A DNA stretch of 64,000 nt from an uncultured virus (IMG/VR IMGVR_UViG_3300033064_004300). Taxonomy: Duplodnaviria; Heunggongvirae; Uroviricota; Caudoviricetes. The translations under genes were made by a program, and so were the position numbers. Below, one piece after another: positions 39,188 to 48,568 of the stretch; position 1 is the stretch's first letter, and each line of letters begins with the position of its first letter. Below the pieces are notes generated by a model. That model saw only the letters and a list, made by a program, of their open reading frames with translations. It had not been told where the DNA came from and did not search any database. The stretch lies in IMG/VR virus record IMGVR_UViG_3300033064_004300; one strand, written 5' to 3'.

Positions 39188-39584
39188 AGATAAGACGTGT
39201 TTAGGTGGAGCTTAGCACACAGAACGCTTTTATAGGTGTTTTTGCCCTTTTATGCTCGCACAATCGCTTTATGTAGGCAGTACGTGCAAAAAGTCCTATA
39301 GATTCTATCTTTCTCTACTAAAAGAAGTCGACAACCGATATGCGCCGCAATCGCTACTTTAAAAAGTTCCGAATCGACGAAAATTGCGACTTGTTTTTTT
39401 AGGGTTTATTACTAAATAAGTATAAGTTTCGAATTTAATAAAGTTAAAGTACACGATTTAACGAAAAGTTAGTGTCAGCGTACGTTACAACCAAACTTTC
39501 TGAGCTTAATAAGGTAGCAAACCCCGTGTGGACTACCAGAGCTTTGTATTAGTGTTACAATTTAAGAAACAACCATGCTGTTCT

Positions 39585-39755
39585 ATGTCTAAGACACTCG
39601 ACAAGCCTCTGGATACTCCTTCTTGGACAGACTTAAAAATCAAATCTACACTGCTCGGTGTACCCGCTTGGCGCCTAGCTGAAGATTTGGCTGTACATCG
39701 GAAAGACGGTACATTAGTTATGAAAGCAATGGTTGAGACTAACGTTAGAATTTAA
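39585..39755 (+). CDS. small hypothetical protein
   Basis: probable start MSKTLDKP; TACAAT -10-like element upstream. Confidence 0.5.
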   Translation: MSKTLDKPLDTPSWTDLKIKSTLLGVPAWRLAEDLAVHRKDGTLVMKAMVETNVRI

Positions 39756-39828
39756 ATTGCTACGACCTTTTGATTTTCGTCATAACTCAGTTAAACTGGG
39801 AGCTAAGGAGGGGTTAGTTTGTTTGTAA

Positions 39829-41217
39829 ATGACCGAACTTAACACCCCAGCATGCCCGACTCATGGTTCTCTGCCTCGTGCACTCCACACAGAGAATTTT
39901 GAAGGTATTGTTACTGTTGTCTCTGACCTCATCGAAACGGTAAGTGGAGTGGGAACCTCAAGTTATTCTCGGTGTCCTTATGGTTATCCTTCAAATTTTG
40001 AAGGGGTCGTTCGTGTACTTGAAGATTTAAATACGACTATAAGTGGCATAAGTATTGGCTCTGTTGATCCAATTGGTAGTGGATTAGTTGCGGGTTCTGG
40101 TATTTTTGTATCAATTAGTGGTGGTTATGGCATAATCCAGAGCCAGATAACTCAAGTCTTTCCTGGATCTGGTGTTACACCTATTCCTAGTGGAGAAGGT
40201 ACAAGGTTTGATGTTGATGTTATTGGACTACAAGGTGTTTCAGTTCTGTATAGCGGTACATTTATAACTATTTCTGGCACCAAAGATCAAGCTGTTGCTG
40301 TCGTTAGTGGTTTGGTAGGCGGTGAAGGTATTACAGTTCTAGCAAGTGGTAATACTGCAGTTATTTCAACTGATTTAGTAGGTCAAGGTTCTGTTAATTT
40401 TGCTTACAACGGGGCTGGTGTTGGTGTAATTTCTGGACAAGCTCAACAGTTACTACTTGGAGGCTCTGGTATTAGCGTACGATCCAGTGGAGATTTCAAG
40501 ATTGTTGACGCTGGTGTTCTTGCTGGTCCGTTTGCGGAGGTTTCCTACTCAGGTTCCTTTATAACTGTAGACGGATCACCTATTGCAGCAGGTTCTGGAA
40601 CAAGTGTTCGATCTAGTGGCGATTATCAAATTATTGATGTTGGTGCTATAGAGGGCGCAAACACAACAATTATTTATTCTGGTCAGTTCATATCTTTTGC
40701 TAGCACGGCAAGTGCCGGAGCCGCTGTGGTTACAGTTTCGGGCGAACCGGGTAATGACTACGTCGGCGGTTCTCTCTGGTTTGACGCTGATCAGGGTCGT
40801 TTGTTTGTATACGCTTCCGGGAATGGGGTCGGTAGTCCTGACTGGTATTTAGCTAATGCGGATGCCTTAGCTATTAAGAGTGAAGTACCACCATCTGGTA
40901 CTGGCCTTAATGCACCACCACTTGATGGCACCATCTGGTTCAACACTTTGATGGGTTCGTTGTTTATTTATGACGAAGCTACAAACGGCTGGTATGAGTC
41001 TGCTGCAACTAGAACTCCTGTTTATGGAGATACTGCACCAGTTGCTGCTATTGATGGTACTTTATGGACTGATTCCACTAACAATCTTATTCGCGTGTGG
41101 GATGGCTCTCTCTGGGCTGACGTGATTGCAAGTGGTAATCCGCCACCACCACCTGCTTCTGGTTTAGATAACCAAGCCGAAGGTGAAGTTATTGGTTTGA
41201 TCATGGGTCTGAGCTAA
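39829..41217 (+). CDS. fibre protein
   Basis: AG.GI beta repeats, three G.LW.D/N..L.VY/W domains, C-terminal IGLIMGLS. Confidence 0.8.
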   Translation: MTELNTPACPTHGSLPRALHTENFEGIVTVVSDLIETVSGVGTSSYSRCPYGYPSNFEGVVRVLEDLNTTISGISIGSVDPIGSGLVAGSGIFVSISGGYGIIQSQITQVFPGSGVTPIPSGEGTRFDVDVIGLQGVSVLYSGTFITISGTKDQAVAVVSGLVGGEGITVLASGNTAVISTDLVGQGSVNFAYNGAGVGVISGQAQQLLLGGSGISVRSSGDFKIVDAGVLAGPFAEVSYSGSFITVDGSPIAAGSGTSVRSSGDYQIIDVGAIEGANTTIIYSGQFISFASTASAGAAVVTVSGEPGNDYVGGSLWFDADQGRLFVYASGNGVGSPDWYLANADALAIKSEVPPSGTGLNAPPLDGTIWFNTLMGSLFIYDEATNGWYESAATRTPVYGDTAPVAAIDGTLWTDSTNNLIRVWDGSLWADVIASGNPPPPPASGLDNQAEGEVIGLIMGLS

Positions 41218-41265
41218 GACCATGGACAAGGACGCTAAAGTTAGTAGATAAATACAAAATTTATC

Positions 41266-41658
41266 GTGCTTCTATCTTTTGTTGCCAAAGAATCTATAAA
41301 TTTAGGCACTGCTGTAAGGATCAGTCCTACAACTTCTGGTCAGATTATCCCAGCAAACCCTTCTGGATTTATAAACGCAAGCGTTGTTGGGCTTTCGGTT
41401 GACACCGTAACATCCGGCGCTCTTTGTCGTATTGTTACAGACGGAGCAGCATCTGTTTACTCTGGTTTAACACCAGGCACAACTTATTTTTTAAGTCATA
41501 GTGGCGGATACGCTGTAGATTACCCTAGATATGTAGTTGAGCTGAATCAACTTGGTTATGCTAGTAGTTACTTAACACAGTTAGGTGTGGCCGTTAGCCC
41601 AACTTCTCTACGGGTTAACGCTACTGAACCAATATTAGTGGTTAGTGGTTTTCTTTAA
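41266..41658 (+). CDS. DUF2190 / capsid-cement-like small beta protein
   Basis: A.E.I..G.AV...A...VVGL.......G......G...GLTPG.TYFL...LG.A. Confidence 0.65.
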   Translation: MLLSFVAKESINLGTAVRISPTTSGQIIPANPSGFINASVVGLSVDTVTSGALCRIVTDGAASVYSGLTPGTTYFLSHSGGYAVDYPRYVVELNQLGYASSYLTQLGVAVSPTSLRVNATEPILVVSGFL

Positions 41659-41695
41659 GACGTTGTAGAATAGAACTTAAATATGGTTATTGTCG

Positions 41696-42211
41696 ATGAC
41701 AAACAGGTCGATTTTTAACCGAAACTACACCAGTTTTCAGTCTGATGGCACGACTGTATACCTGGCAAATGGCCAAGGGGTTGTAACAAATCCGGCTCCA
41801 GAGATAACTTTGACTGCCGGCGGCAGTTTAATTGCTGGTTCTTGTCTAGCTGCAAGTGGTAACTTCGTAGTCCTTGCAACGGCTCTCAGCGGAGTCTCCG
41901 CTGCTCAGTATTCACCTATTGGATTTGCATCTGCTGCCGCAGCTCAAGGTAGCCCCGTTGTTGTCAATTTGGATGGTGTTGTTACGTTGTCGGATGTAAA
42001 TATAACTGCCGAATCCGCACTGATACCTGGTCAATACTATTACTTATCCAAATTTCAAGGGGAGATCGTTAGATTTTCAACGGCTTCTGGAATAATTTCT
42101 GGTTCAGGTGCAAATGCATATGCTGCATCCTCCCCCGTTGGATTGGCCTTAACGAGTACGCAATTAAGCGTTGAGATTAATCCGCCCGTTCTTCTGTATA
42201 CTGGGAGTTAA
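41696..42211 (+). CDS. DUF2190 / capsid-cement-like protein
   Basis: LTAG..L.AG, IGFA..AA..G..V.V..DG, L.PGQYYYLS, VGLAL..TQL. Confidence 0.65.
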   Translation: MTNRSIFNRNYTSFQSDGTTVYLANGQGVVTNPAPEITLTAGGSLIAGSCLAASGNFVVLATALSGVSAAQYSPIGFASAAAAQGSPVVVNLDGVVTLSDVNITAESALIPGQYYYLSKFQGEIVRFSTASGIISGSGANAYAASSPVGLALTSTQLSVEINPPVLLYTGS

Positions 42212-42222
42212 GTAATAAGATT

Positions 42223-43734
42223 ATGGCAGTCCGTAGACCGGTTGTTTTAGTCAGTGGTAGCTTAGCTCAGCTACCCCTAGGCGACAGCGTTATTGCGCTT
42301 GCATCAGGTGGCACGTTAACTGCTGGTAGTGGTTTAGTTGGCGGTGGTGATACCACACAGACTATAAGGTTAGATGTCGCACTAACTGCCCAACCTAGCG
42401 GGTTAGTTTTTGCCGGTGGCAATATCGGTGTTGACGGTGTTGCGTTAAAACGTTCTCAAGATGCTCTTGCATCAGGTAATCTTGGTTTATCTAATGCAAA
42501 TACGGCTTTAGCTTCTGGCAATGCAGGTATATCTTTATCGTTAACTGCCTTAGCTTCTGGTAATGCTGGTTTAAGCATAGCTTCTACAGCACTGTCTTCG
42601 GGTAACGCTGCACTAAGTGTTGCTAATACAGCTTTAGTTTCTGGTAATGCAGCTCTAACTGTTGCGAACACTGCTTTTGCTTCTGGTAATGCTGCTGTAA
42701 CAAATTCAGTTGTTGCACTTGCATCTGGTAATGCAGCGTTAGTTCTTTCCTCAACTGCTTTAGCTTCCGGTAATGCGGGTCTAACTAACGCTGTTACTGC
42801 ACTTGCGTCGGGTAATGCTGCTCTAAGTCTTAGCAACACTGCTTTATCTTCTGGTAATTCTGCGTTATCCGTTGCTGTTGTTGCACGTACCTCAGGTAAC
42901 GCTGCTTTAACAACTTCAGTTATGGCGTTAGCTTCCGGTAATGCGGGTTTAGCTAACTCTGTTGTTGCACTTGCGTCTGGTAACGCTGCAGTTACTGTAT
43001 CTGTTTCTGCTCTTGCGTCTGGTAATGCGGCACTTTCTTTAGCAGATCGTGCTTTGGCGTCTGGTAATGCAGCTCTTGTGCAGTCAGTAACTGCAATTGC
43101 TTCTGGTAACGCTGCTGTTGTACTCTCAAATACTGCTGTTACTTCGGGAATATACGCTGTCCAACAAGCAAACATTGCACTAGCTTCAGGAATTTCGGCC
43201 CAAAATATATCCGTGGCCGCCCTAGCTTCTGGTAATGCAGCTTTAACCGTTTCTGTCAATGCTTTAGCTTCCGGTAATGCTGGTTTATCTGTTGCTTCAA
43301 CGGCTTTAGCTTCTGGCAATGCAGCTTTAGCGGCTGTAAACACTGCTTTAGCGTCGGGTAACGCAGGTATTTCTTTAGCTTTAACAGGTCTTGCGTCTGG
43401 TAATGCGGCTTTAAGTGCTGCAGCTGTTGCTCTTGCTTCTGGTAATGCTGGAATTTCACGTGCTGGTACGGCTTTAGCTTCAGGTAATGCAGGTCTTGTT
43501 AATGCTGCGGTTGCTCTGGCTTCTGGTAACGCAGGTCTTGTCGTTGCTGGTGTTGCTTTAAGTTCTGGCAATGCAGCTATAAGTGTGTCAAATACTGCAT
43601 TGGCGTCTGGTAATGCAGCTTTAACTATTGTTCCCGCTGCTCAAGCTTCTGGTAATGCAGCTTTAGCACTTTATTTTGCTAACCCTGGGCTCTCTCAGGG
43701 AGAAGCAATTGGTTTAATTATCGCCCTTTCTTAA
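42223..43734 (+). CDS. long fibre with ~29 tandem 14-aa ALASGNAA repeats
   Basis: N-terminus MAVRRPVVLVSG, periodic ALASGNA(A/G)L, C-terminal IGLIIALS. Confidence 0.85.
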   Translation: MAVRRPVVLVSGSLAQLPLGDSVIALASGGTLTAGSGLVGGGDTTQTIRLDVALTAQPSGLVFAGGNIGVDGVALKRSQDALASGNLGLSNANTALASGNAGISLSLTALASGNAGLSIASTALSSGNAALSVANTALVSGNAALTVANTAFASGNAAVTNSVVALASGNAALVLSSTALASGNAGLTNAVTALASGNAALSLSNTALSSGNSALSVAVVARTSGNAALTTSVMALASGNAGLANSVVALASGNAAVTVSVSALASGNAALSLADRALASGNAALVQSVTAIASGNAAVVLSNTAVTSGIYAVQQANIALASGISAQNISVAALASGNAALTVSVNALASGNAGLSVASTALASGNAALAAVNTALASGNAGISLALTGLASGNAALSAAAVALASGNAGISRAGTALASGNAGLVNAAVALASGNAGLVVAGVALSSGNAAISVSNTALASGNAALTIVPAAQASGNAALALYFANPGLSQGEAIGLIIALS

Positions 43735-43735
43735 T

Positions 43736-45250
43736 ATGGCAACTTTTCGTCCCCTTATATACTCTGATGGTTCGATTTCCGAAATTGACGGTACCGATCA
43801 AATTTCAGCTTTAGGTGACTTAATAGCAGGTAGTGGTTTAGGCGGTGTTGTATTACCTTTAGGCGTAAGCAACACAGCTAGAGTTTTTACAGCCTCTTTA
43901 GCGAACTCCAGCGGTTTATTAATAACTAATGAAGGCAAATTAGGCGCGGACGGTGTTGATTTAACGCTTTCTACAACTGCGTTAAATTCCGGCGTGGCAG
44001 CCAGTTCTTTTGCTGCCATTGCTCTGGCGTCTGGAATTGCTGCTTTATCTGGTGCAATTACGGCAACTTTGTCGGGTAACGCTTCTTCTGTAGTTGCAAA
44101 TAATGCGTTAGTTGCATCAAACAACGCGATTAATTCAGGTTTATCTGCTGTTTCTGCGTCTAATACAGCTTTAGGTGTCTCTGTTTCAGCGTTGTTGTCA
44201 GGTAATTTAGCTTTAATTGATAGTTCTAAGGCCCTTGCTTCTGGGTTAGCTAGTACAAGTGCTTCTACTCAAGCATTTGCTTCTGGCGCTTCTGCTGCTT
44301 TTATTGCGGGTTCTGCTTTAAGTTCCGGTAACGCAGCTTTATTTAACTTTAACTCAACAGTTTTATCTGGAACTCAAGCTGTACTTGTTTCCGAGACTGC
44401 TGTTGCTTCTGGTTCTGCGGCGAATCAAGTTAGTGTTTCTGCGATAGCTTCTGGTAGTGCTGCTATTTTATCTTCTGCTTTATCTTTAGCTTCTGGTAAT
44501 GCTGCTTTAACTGATGCAAATTTAGCTTTTGCTTCGGGTAATGCTGCGGTTATCGAGTCCACAACAGCTTTGGCCTCTGGTGTTGCTGCTGGAGTATTAA
44601 CTAGTCAAGCTCTAGCTTCGGGTAACGCCGCAATAATAAATTCTATTAATGCTCTAGATGACGTTAGTGACTCGCTTGTAACTAATTTATTTACTTTTAT
44701 TGTTAGTGATGATGCGGTTGAGAACAGTATTCCAGCCATTGCGTCTGGTAGTGCTGCTTTACCTATAGCTACTCGAGCAATTGCTTCTGGACAAGCTGCT
44801 TTTGCACCTTCTGCTCTTGCTCAAGCCTCTGGCAATGCGGCCTTAGCTAACGCCCCTACCGCCGTGGCGTCTGGAAACGCTGCTATTGCCACAGCTTTAA
44901 CAACTTTATCTTCTGGTAATGCGGCCCTAGTCTTGGTAGCTACGGCTCAAGCTTCTGGAAACGCCAGTTTAACTTTAGCTTCTACTGCTTTTAGCTCTGG
45001 CGTGGCCGCTGTTTCGGCTTCAGCTGTAGCTTTGGCCTCTGGTAACGCTGCGGTTTCTACATCTGTTGCTAACCAACAAGTTTCTAACAATTCTATTTCG
45101 TCTGGTTTGTATGCAGCTGTTTCGGGCAATAGTGCGCTAGCCAACAGTGTTAGAGCTTTGGCTTCTGGTAATGCGGCTCTAGAAGTTATCGGAAGTAACC
45201 CGCCTGTTAATGCTGAGTCTTTGGTCGGACTGATATTTGCTTTGAGTTAA
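43736..45250 (+). CDS. paralogous long fibre with diverged 14-aa ASG repeats
   Basis: N-terminus MATFRPLIYSDG, periodic A(L/I)ASG, C-terminal VGLIFALS. Confidence 0.85.
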   Translation: MATFRPLIYSDGSISEIDGTDQISALGDLIAGSGLGGVVLPLGVSNTARVFTASLANSSGLLITNEGKLGADGVDLTLSTTALNSGVAASSFAAIALASGIAALSGAITATLSGNASSVVANNALVASNNAINSGLSAVSASNTALGVSVSALLSGNLALIDSSKALASGLASTSASTQAFASGASAAFIAGSALSSGNAALFNFNSTVLSGTQAVLVSETAVASGSAANQVSVSAIASGSAAILSSALSLASGNAALTDANLAFASGNAAVIESTTALASGVAAGVLTSQALASGNAAIINSINALDDVSDSLVTNLFTFIVSDDAVENSIPAIASGSAALPIATRAIASGQAAFAPSALAQASGNAALANAPTAVASGNAAIATALTTLSSGNAALVLVATAQASGNASLTLASTAFSSGVAAVSASAVALASGNAAVSTSVANQQVSNNSISSGLYAAVSGNSALANSVRALASGNAALEVIGSNPPVNAESLVGLIFALS

Positions 45251-45332
45251 TATACTGCGACTGTTGGTTAGAGCCCTATAAACAATAATTTAGTATCCGT
45301 GTTAAAGTTGAAGTACGTAGACCAGGTTGTTC

Positions 45333-45653
45333 ATGGCCAGTTTTTACAACAAACCGGTTAAAAATTTAGACACTTCTAGTGTAGTTCACCTTACATCGGC
45401 TCTTAATTCCACTATTATTTTAAGCATATTAGTATGTAATACTGATGGCTCTAGTGATACTGATGTTACTGTTAGTTTGTTAGATAGTTCATCTGTTTTA
45501 CAAGCAAAACTTGCACATACAATAACTGTTCCTGCTGATGCAAACGTTGAAATTCTTGCAAATAAATTAATCTTACCTAGTGGTCAAAAGTTAGCTTTTG
45601 CTGCTAGCACTAGTGGTAAGTTAGATGTATCCATGAGTTATGTGGAGGTTTAA
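45333..45653 (+). CDS. small fibre adaptor-like beta protein
   Basis: IILSILVCN.D....DVTV...LA..I.VPADA...L..KLIL...S.LDV..SY.EV. Confidence 0.65.
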   Translation: MASFYNKPVKNLDTSSVVHLTSALNSTIILSILVCNTDGSSDTDVTVSLLDSSSVLQAKLAHTITVPADANVEILANKLILPSGQKLAFAASTSGKLDVSMSYVEV

Positions 45654-45655
45654 AT

Positions 45656-46369
45656 TTGGATTTTTCTAATCGTTTATTTTCAAAAGAAGGAGCTCCTCCT
45701 GATTTACTTCCTCGTCGATTAAGACTGCCTTCTGGTGAAACTAGGTATGTTAACGAAATTGAATTAGAAGAAATACACCTCTGTGGTTATACAGGCCCCT
45801 TTGACGTACCTGAGTTAAAAGCTTGTCAGCAACTTGAGTGGTGCTGTGAAACGTCAGCATTTAAAATTATAAACAAAACTGATGGGGAGTCAAACGAGTA
45901 TTTAGAGCACATAAATACGTTATGTGCTATTAATATAATTTTGAGTGAGGAAGAAAAGTTTTTAGAAGATGTTAGTTTATTTACGGAAGATTACGTTAGA
46001 TACACAATTAAATATTTTGATCTGTTAAAACAACTACGTAAGTCAAGCTGTGTTTTAAAGCATACAGATATTGAAGCTGCTGCAGAGCAAGCAAAATTTG
46101 TCTTGTTAAAGACACCAGAAACAGATAAGAAATTTGCAGAGCGGTATACAGTATATAAAACTAAAACAGAGTTTAATGAAGCTTTTAAAGAGTGGGAGGA
46201 ACAACACTATGATGGATTTAAGATTACATATGAACTTTTGGGTGTAATTAATATTGATGTTCCTGCTTTTTATAATTATTATAAACCAGATACTTCTTGG
46301 ACAGTAGGTTCTGGCGTGTATGAAGGTATAATGGATGAGTATACACTAGACTTTCGTACTAAAGTTTAA
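45656..46369 (+). CDS. putative fibre assembly chaperone
   Basis: P..LP.RLRL..G.TR....GYTGP...Q.LEW N-terminal pattern; in fibre module. Confidence 0.45.
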   Translation: MDFSNRLFSKEGAPPDLLPRRLRLPSGETRYVNEIELEEIHLCGYTGPFDVPELKACQQLEWCCETSAFKIINKTDGESNEYLEHINTLCAINIILSEEEKFLEDVSLFTEDYVRYTIKYFDLLKQLRKSSCVLKHTDIEAAAEQAKFVLLKTPETDKKFAERYTVYKTKTEFNEAFKEWEEQHYDGFKITYELLGVINIDVPAFYNYYKPDTSWTVGSGVYEGIMDEYTLDFRTKV

Positions 46370-46371
46370 AA

Positions 46372-47415
46372 ATGGCTAAACCTTACGGCGGTAAGACCGG
46401 ACCTCTTCAAAATATAACAACAGGTAGTGCTCCAGGCGCTTGGACTGCTGGAACCGAAGTTTTTAGGCAGCGAACAGTTGGTTTATGGCCTAATGCATTA
46501 CCTTTAGACGCAGCGGTCTGTCCCTTAGGTTCAGTTGTGTTTGCAGCCACAAGCGGTGTGGTTAATAGAGCTCTTTCAACTACTTATTTTGTTGTTGGCA
46601 GTGGTGGCGTTCTTAGCAGAACTACAGAAGCACCTTTGTTTGGAGCTATCGGTACTACATTTGGATCTGGTAACGGCTCGACTACTTTTAATGTTCCTAA
46701 TATGTATGATAAATTTATTTATCTTAAAGGAACAACAGTCTCAGGGACTATACCCGTTCAGGCAAGTGGTCAATTAGGAGCTTTGCATACGCATACATTC
46801 AGTACAAGAGTTACTTCAGTTGTAATTGGTTATAACCCTTTCAGTACTTTTACTCCAACTACAACGTCAATAGAAACTGAAGAAGTAGGAGAAGTTTCTC
46901 ATGTGCAAAACGAACAAAATAAAGTTTCTTTTATTCCACTTGTGTGTAAACAAACAGCAGTTTGGCCTGTTGGAGCAGCAATGCCTCTTCTCTGGCCATC
47001 TTATGATGGCGCAACTTTTCCCGTATCTAACTATTTAATTTGTAGTGGCCAAGCTGTGAGTCGAACAACTTATTCTGGTTTATATCAATTGTTGGGTAAT
47101 AATTTTGGGGCCGGAAATGGGTCGACAACTTTCAACATTCCTGATCTAAGAGGTTTGTTTGTAGCAGGCACAAGAAATATAGGTCAGATTCAACCTTCTG
47201 GTTATACTAATAGTACATTTGAACCTAGTTGCTTTGTGAGACATAAGCATAATTTCGCAGGAACAGGTCAGGGTGGAGCTCAAGGTGGCTCCTCAAATGG
47301 TGTCACTGGAGCTAACACTTTTGGAGTAGCACCTGCGAGTAGTTCAGACGGGCTTTTATCAAACCAGAGTAATGCTGCTAATATTAGTGTAATCTGGGTT
47401 ATGCCCGTTGTTTAA
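46372..47415 (+). CDS. fibre protein with two tail-collar domains
   Basis: LSRT....LF.AIGTTFG.GNGSTTFNVP and C.GQAVSRTTY..LY..LG..FG.GNGSTTFNIPDLRG.F. Confidence 0.88.
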   Translation: MAKPYGGKTGPLQNITTGSAPGAWTAGTEVFRQRTVGLWPNALPLDAAVCPLGSVVFAATSGVVNRALSTTYFVVGSGGVLSRTTEAPLFGAIGTTFGSGNGSTTFNVPNMYDKFIYLKGTTVSGTIPVQASGQLGALHTHTFSTRVTSVVIGYNPFSTFTPTTTSIETEEVGEVSHVQNEQNKVSFIPLVCKQTAVWPVGAAMPLLWPSYDGATFPVSNYLICSGQAVSRTTYSGLYQLLGNNFGAGNGSTTFNIPDLRGLFVAGTRNIGQIQPSGYTNSTFEPSCFVRHKHNFAGTGQGGAQGGSSNGVTGANTFGVAPASSSDGLLSNQSNAANISVIWVMPVV

Positions 47416-47426
47416 GGAGTAAAAAA

Positions 47427-47951
47427 ATGACTGTCGGCAGAATTGTTTGTTCCTTATACCATTTAGGTACGATCACAACGATACAAAATACAACTTTTGC
47501 TCTGTTAAACGGTCAAAGCGTAAGTAGAAGTTCTTACCCCACATTAAGCACTCTCTGGCCTAGTGGGGCTTATACTAGTACTTCAACTAATATACACTTA
47601 CCTCAATCTAACACACTTTATTTGCGGGGCGCTAATTTTGGTGGTAGTGGTGATCCTGACTCCTCTGTTAGGGCTGCGCTGTCTGGCACACAACCTTCAG
47701 GTGTTAGTGTTGGTTCTTATCAAATTTCTAATGTAAAACAACACCTACATGCGTCAGGCACAGCACCTGTCGGTGCAACTGCTCCGCAATCTATTAACGA
47801 AAGTCTCACCACTATTACTTCTGCAAGTTCTTCAAGAGTATCTACAACAAGTTCAAGTGTCGCTGGAACCAGACCAATTCAGTTTAACGCTTCTGGTGTA
47901 GAATTTGATGTAGACAACACTAAAGTATATTTTTATATTGCGTTAAATTAA
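47427..47951 (+). CDS. degenerate tail-collar domain protein
   Basis: LLNGQSVSRSSYP.L...LP....YLRG, VGSYQ...K.H.H. Confidence 0.75.
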   Translation: MTVGRIVCSLYHLGTITTIQNTTFALLNGQSVSRSSYPTLSTLWPSGAYTSTSTNIHLPQSNTLYLRGANFGGSGDPDSSVRAALSGTQPSGVSVGSYQISNVKQHLHASGTAPVGATAPQSINESLTTITSASSSRVSTTSSSVAGTRPIQFNASGVEFDVDNTKVYFYIALN

Positions 47952-47991
47952 CTTATATGTATTGCTTTAACATAATATAGGTTCATTACTC

Positions 47992-48564
47992 ATGAAAATT
48001 AATCAACAAGATCCTTCGATAGTAGAATTTCAAGAGTCATTAGCTTTAAATTTTTGTAAAGAAGTTATACACAAATTCAATAAGGATAACTTAAAAACAG
48101 AAGCACAAGTTGTTAGGGCTGAACAAGGAATAGTAGAGAAATCAGTTAGACAAACAGAAATTTTAAATATAAGTAATGTTGAGCATTGGAAAGAGGAGGA
48201 TAAAATATTTTTTGAATCTTTAACAGTTAGTTTGCAAAAATATTTAAATCACGTAGAAAAAATTTTTTATAAAAGTCCTTTTACTTGTCCCCCTGTTGAT
48301 AGTGGGTACGAGATACAAAAAACTATTCCAAAAGGCTTCTTCAAATGGCATTCAGATGCTATAAACGATACAGTGCCGATGCGAAAACTAACGTATATGT
48401 GGTATTTAAATTCTTGTGAAGAAGGTTGCACAGAGTTTGCTTTTGGCCAAAAAATAAAACCAGAAGCAGGAAAACTTCTTATATTTCCCTCTACATGGCC
48501 TTATGTGCATCAAGGAACCCCACCTAAAACCACTAAGTATGCCTGTACCGGGTGGCTTTCTTAA
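47992..48564 (+). CDS. 2OG-Fe(II) oxygenase (prolyl-hydroxylase-like)
   Basis: F.WHSD, RKLTYMWYLN..E.G.TEF, KP..GKLLIFP..W.Y.H.G...KY..TGW. Confidence 0.9.
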   Translation: MKINQQDPSIVEFQESLALNFCKEVIHKFNKDNLKTEAQVVRAEQGIVEKSVRQTEILNISNVEHWKEEDKIFFESLTVSLQKYLNHVEKIFYKSPFTCPPVDSGYEIQKTIPKGFFKWHSDAINDTVPMRKLTYMWYLNSCEEGCTEFAFGQKIKPEAGKLLIFPSTWPYVHQGTPPKTTKYACTGWLS

Positions 48565-48568
48565 TTTA

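Noticed and set aside
42456..43571. 371-aa minus-strand ORF with ALPEA repeats
   Set aside because: Antisense shadow of the ALASGNAA repeat gene; the same applies to 32469-32807, 43798-44124 and 44947-45144.
42460..43660. 42-nt periodic DNA repeats as a CRISPR array or DGR
   Set aside because: They are in-frame coding repeats with synonymous variation; no cas or reverse transcriptase gene is present.
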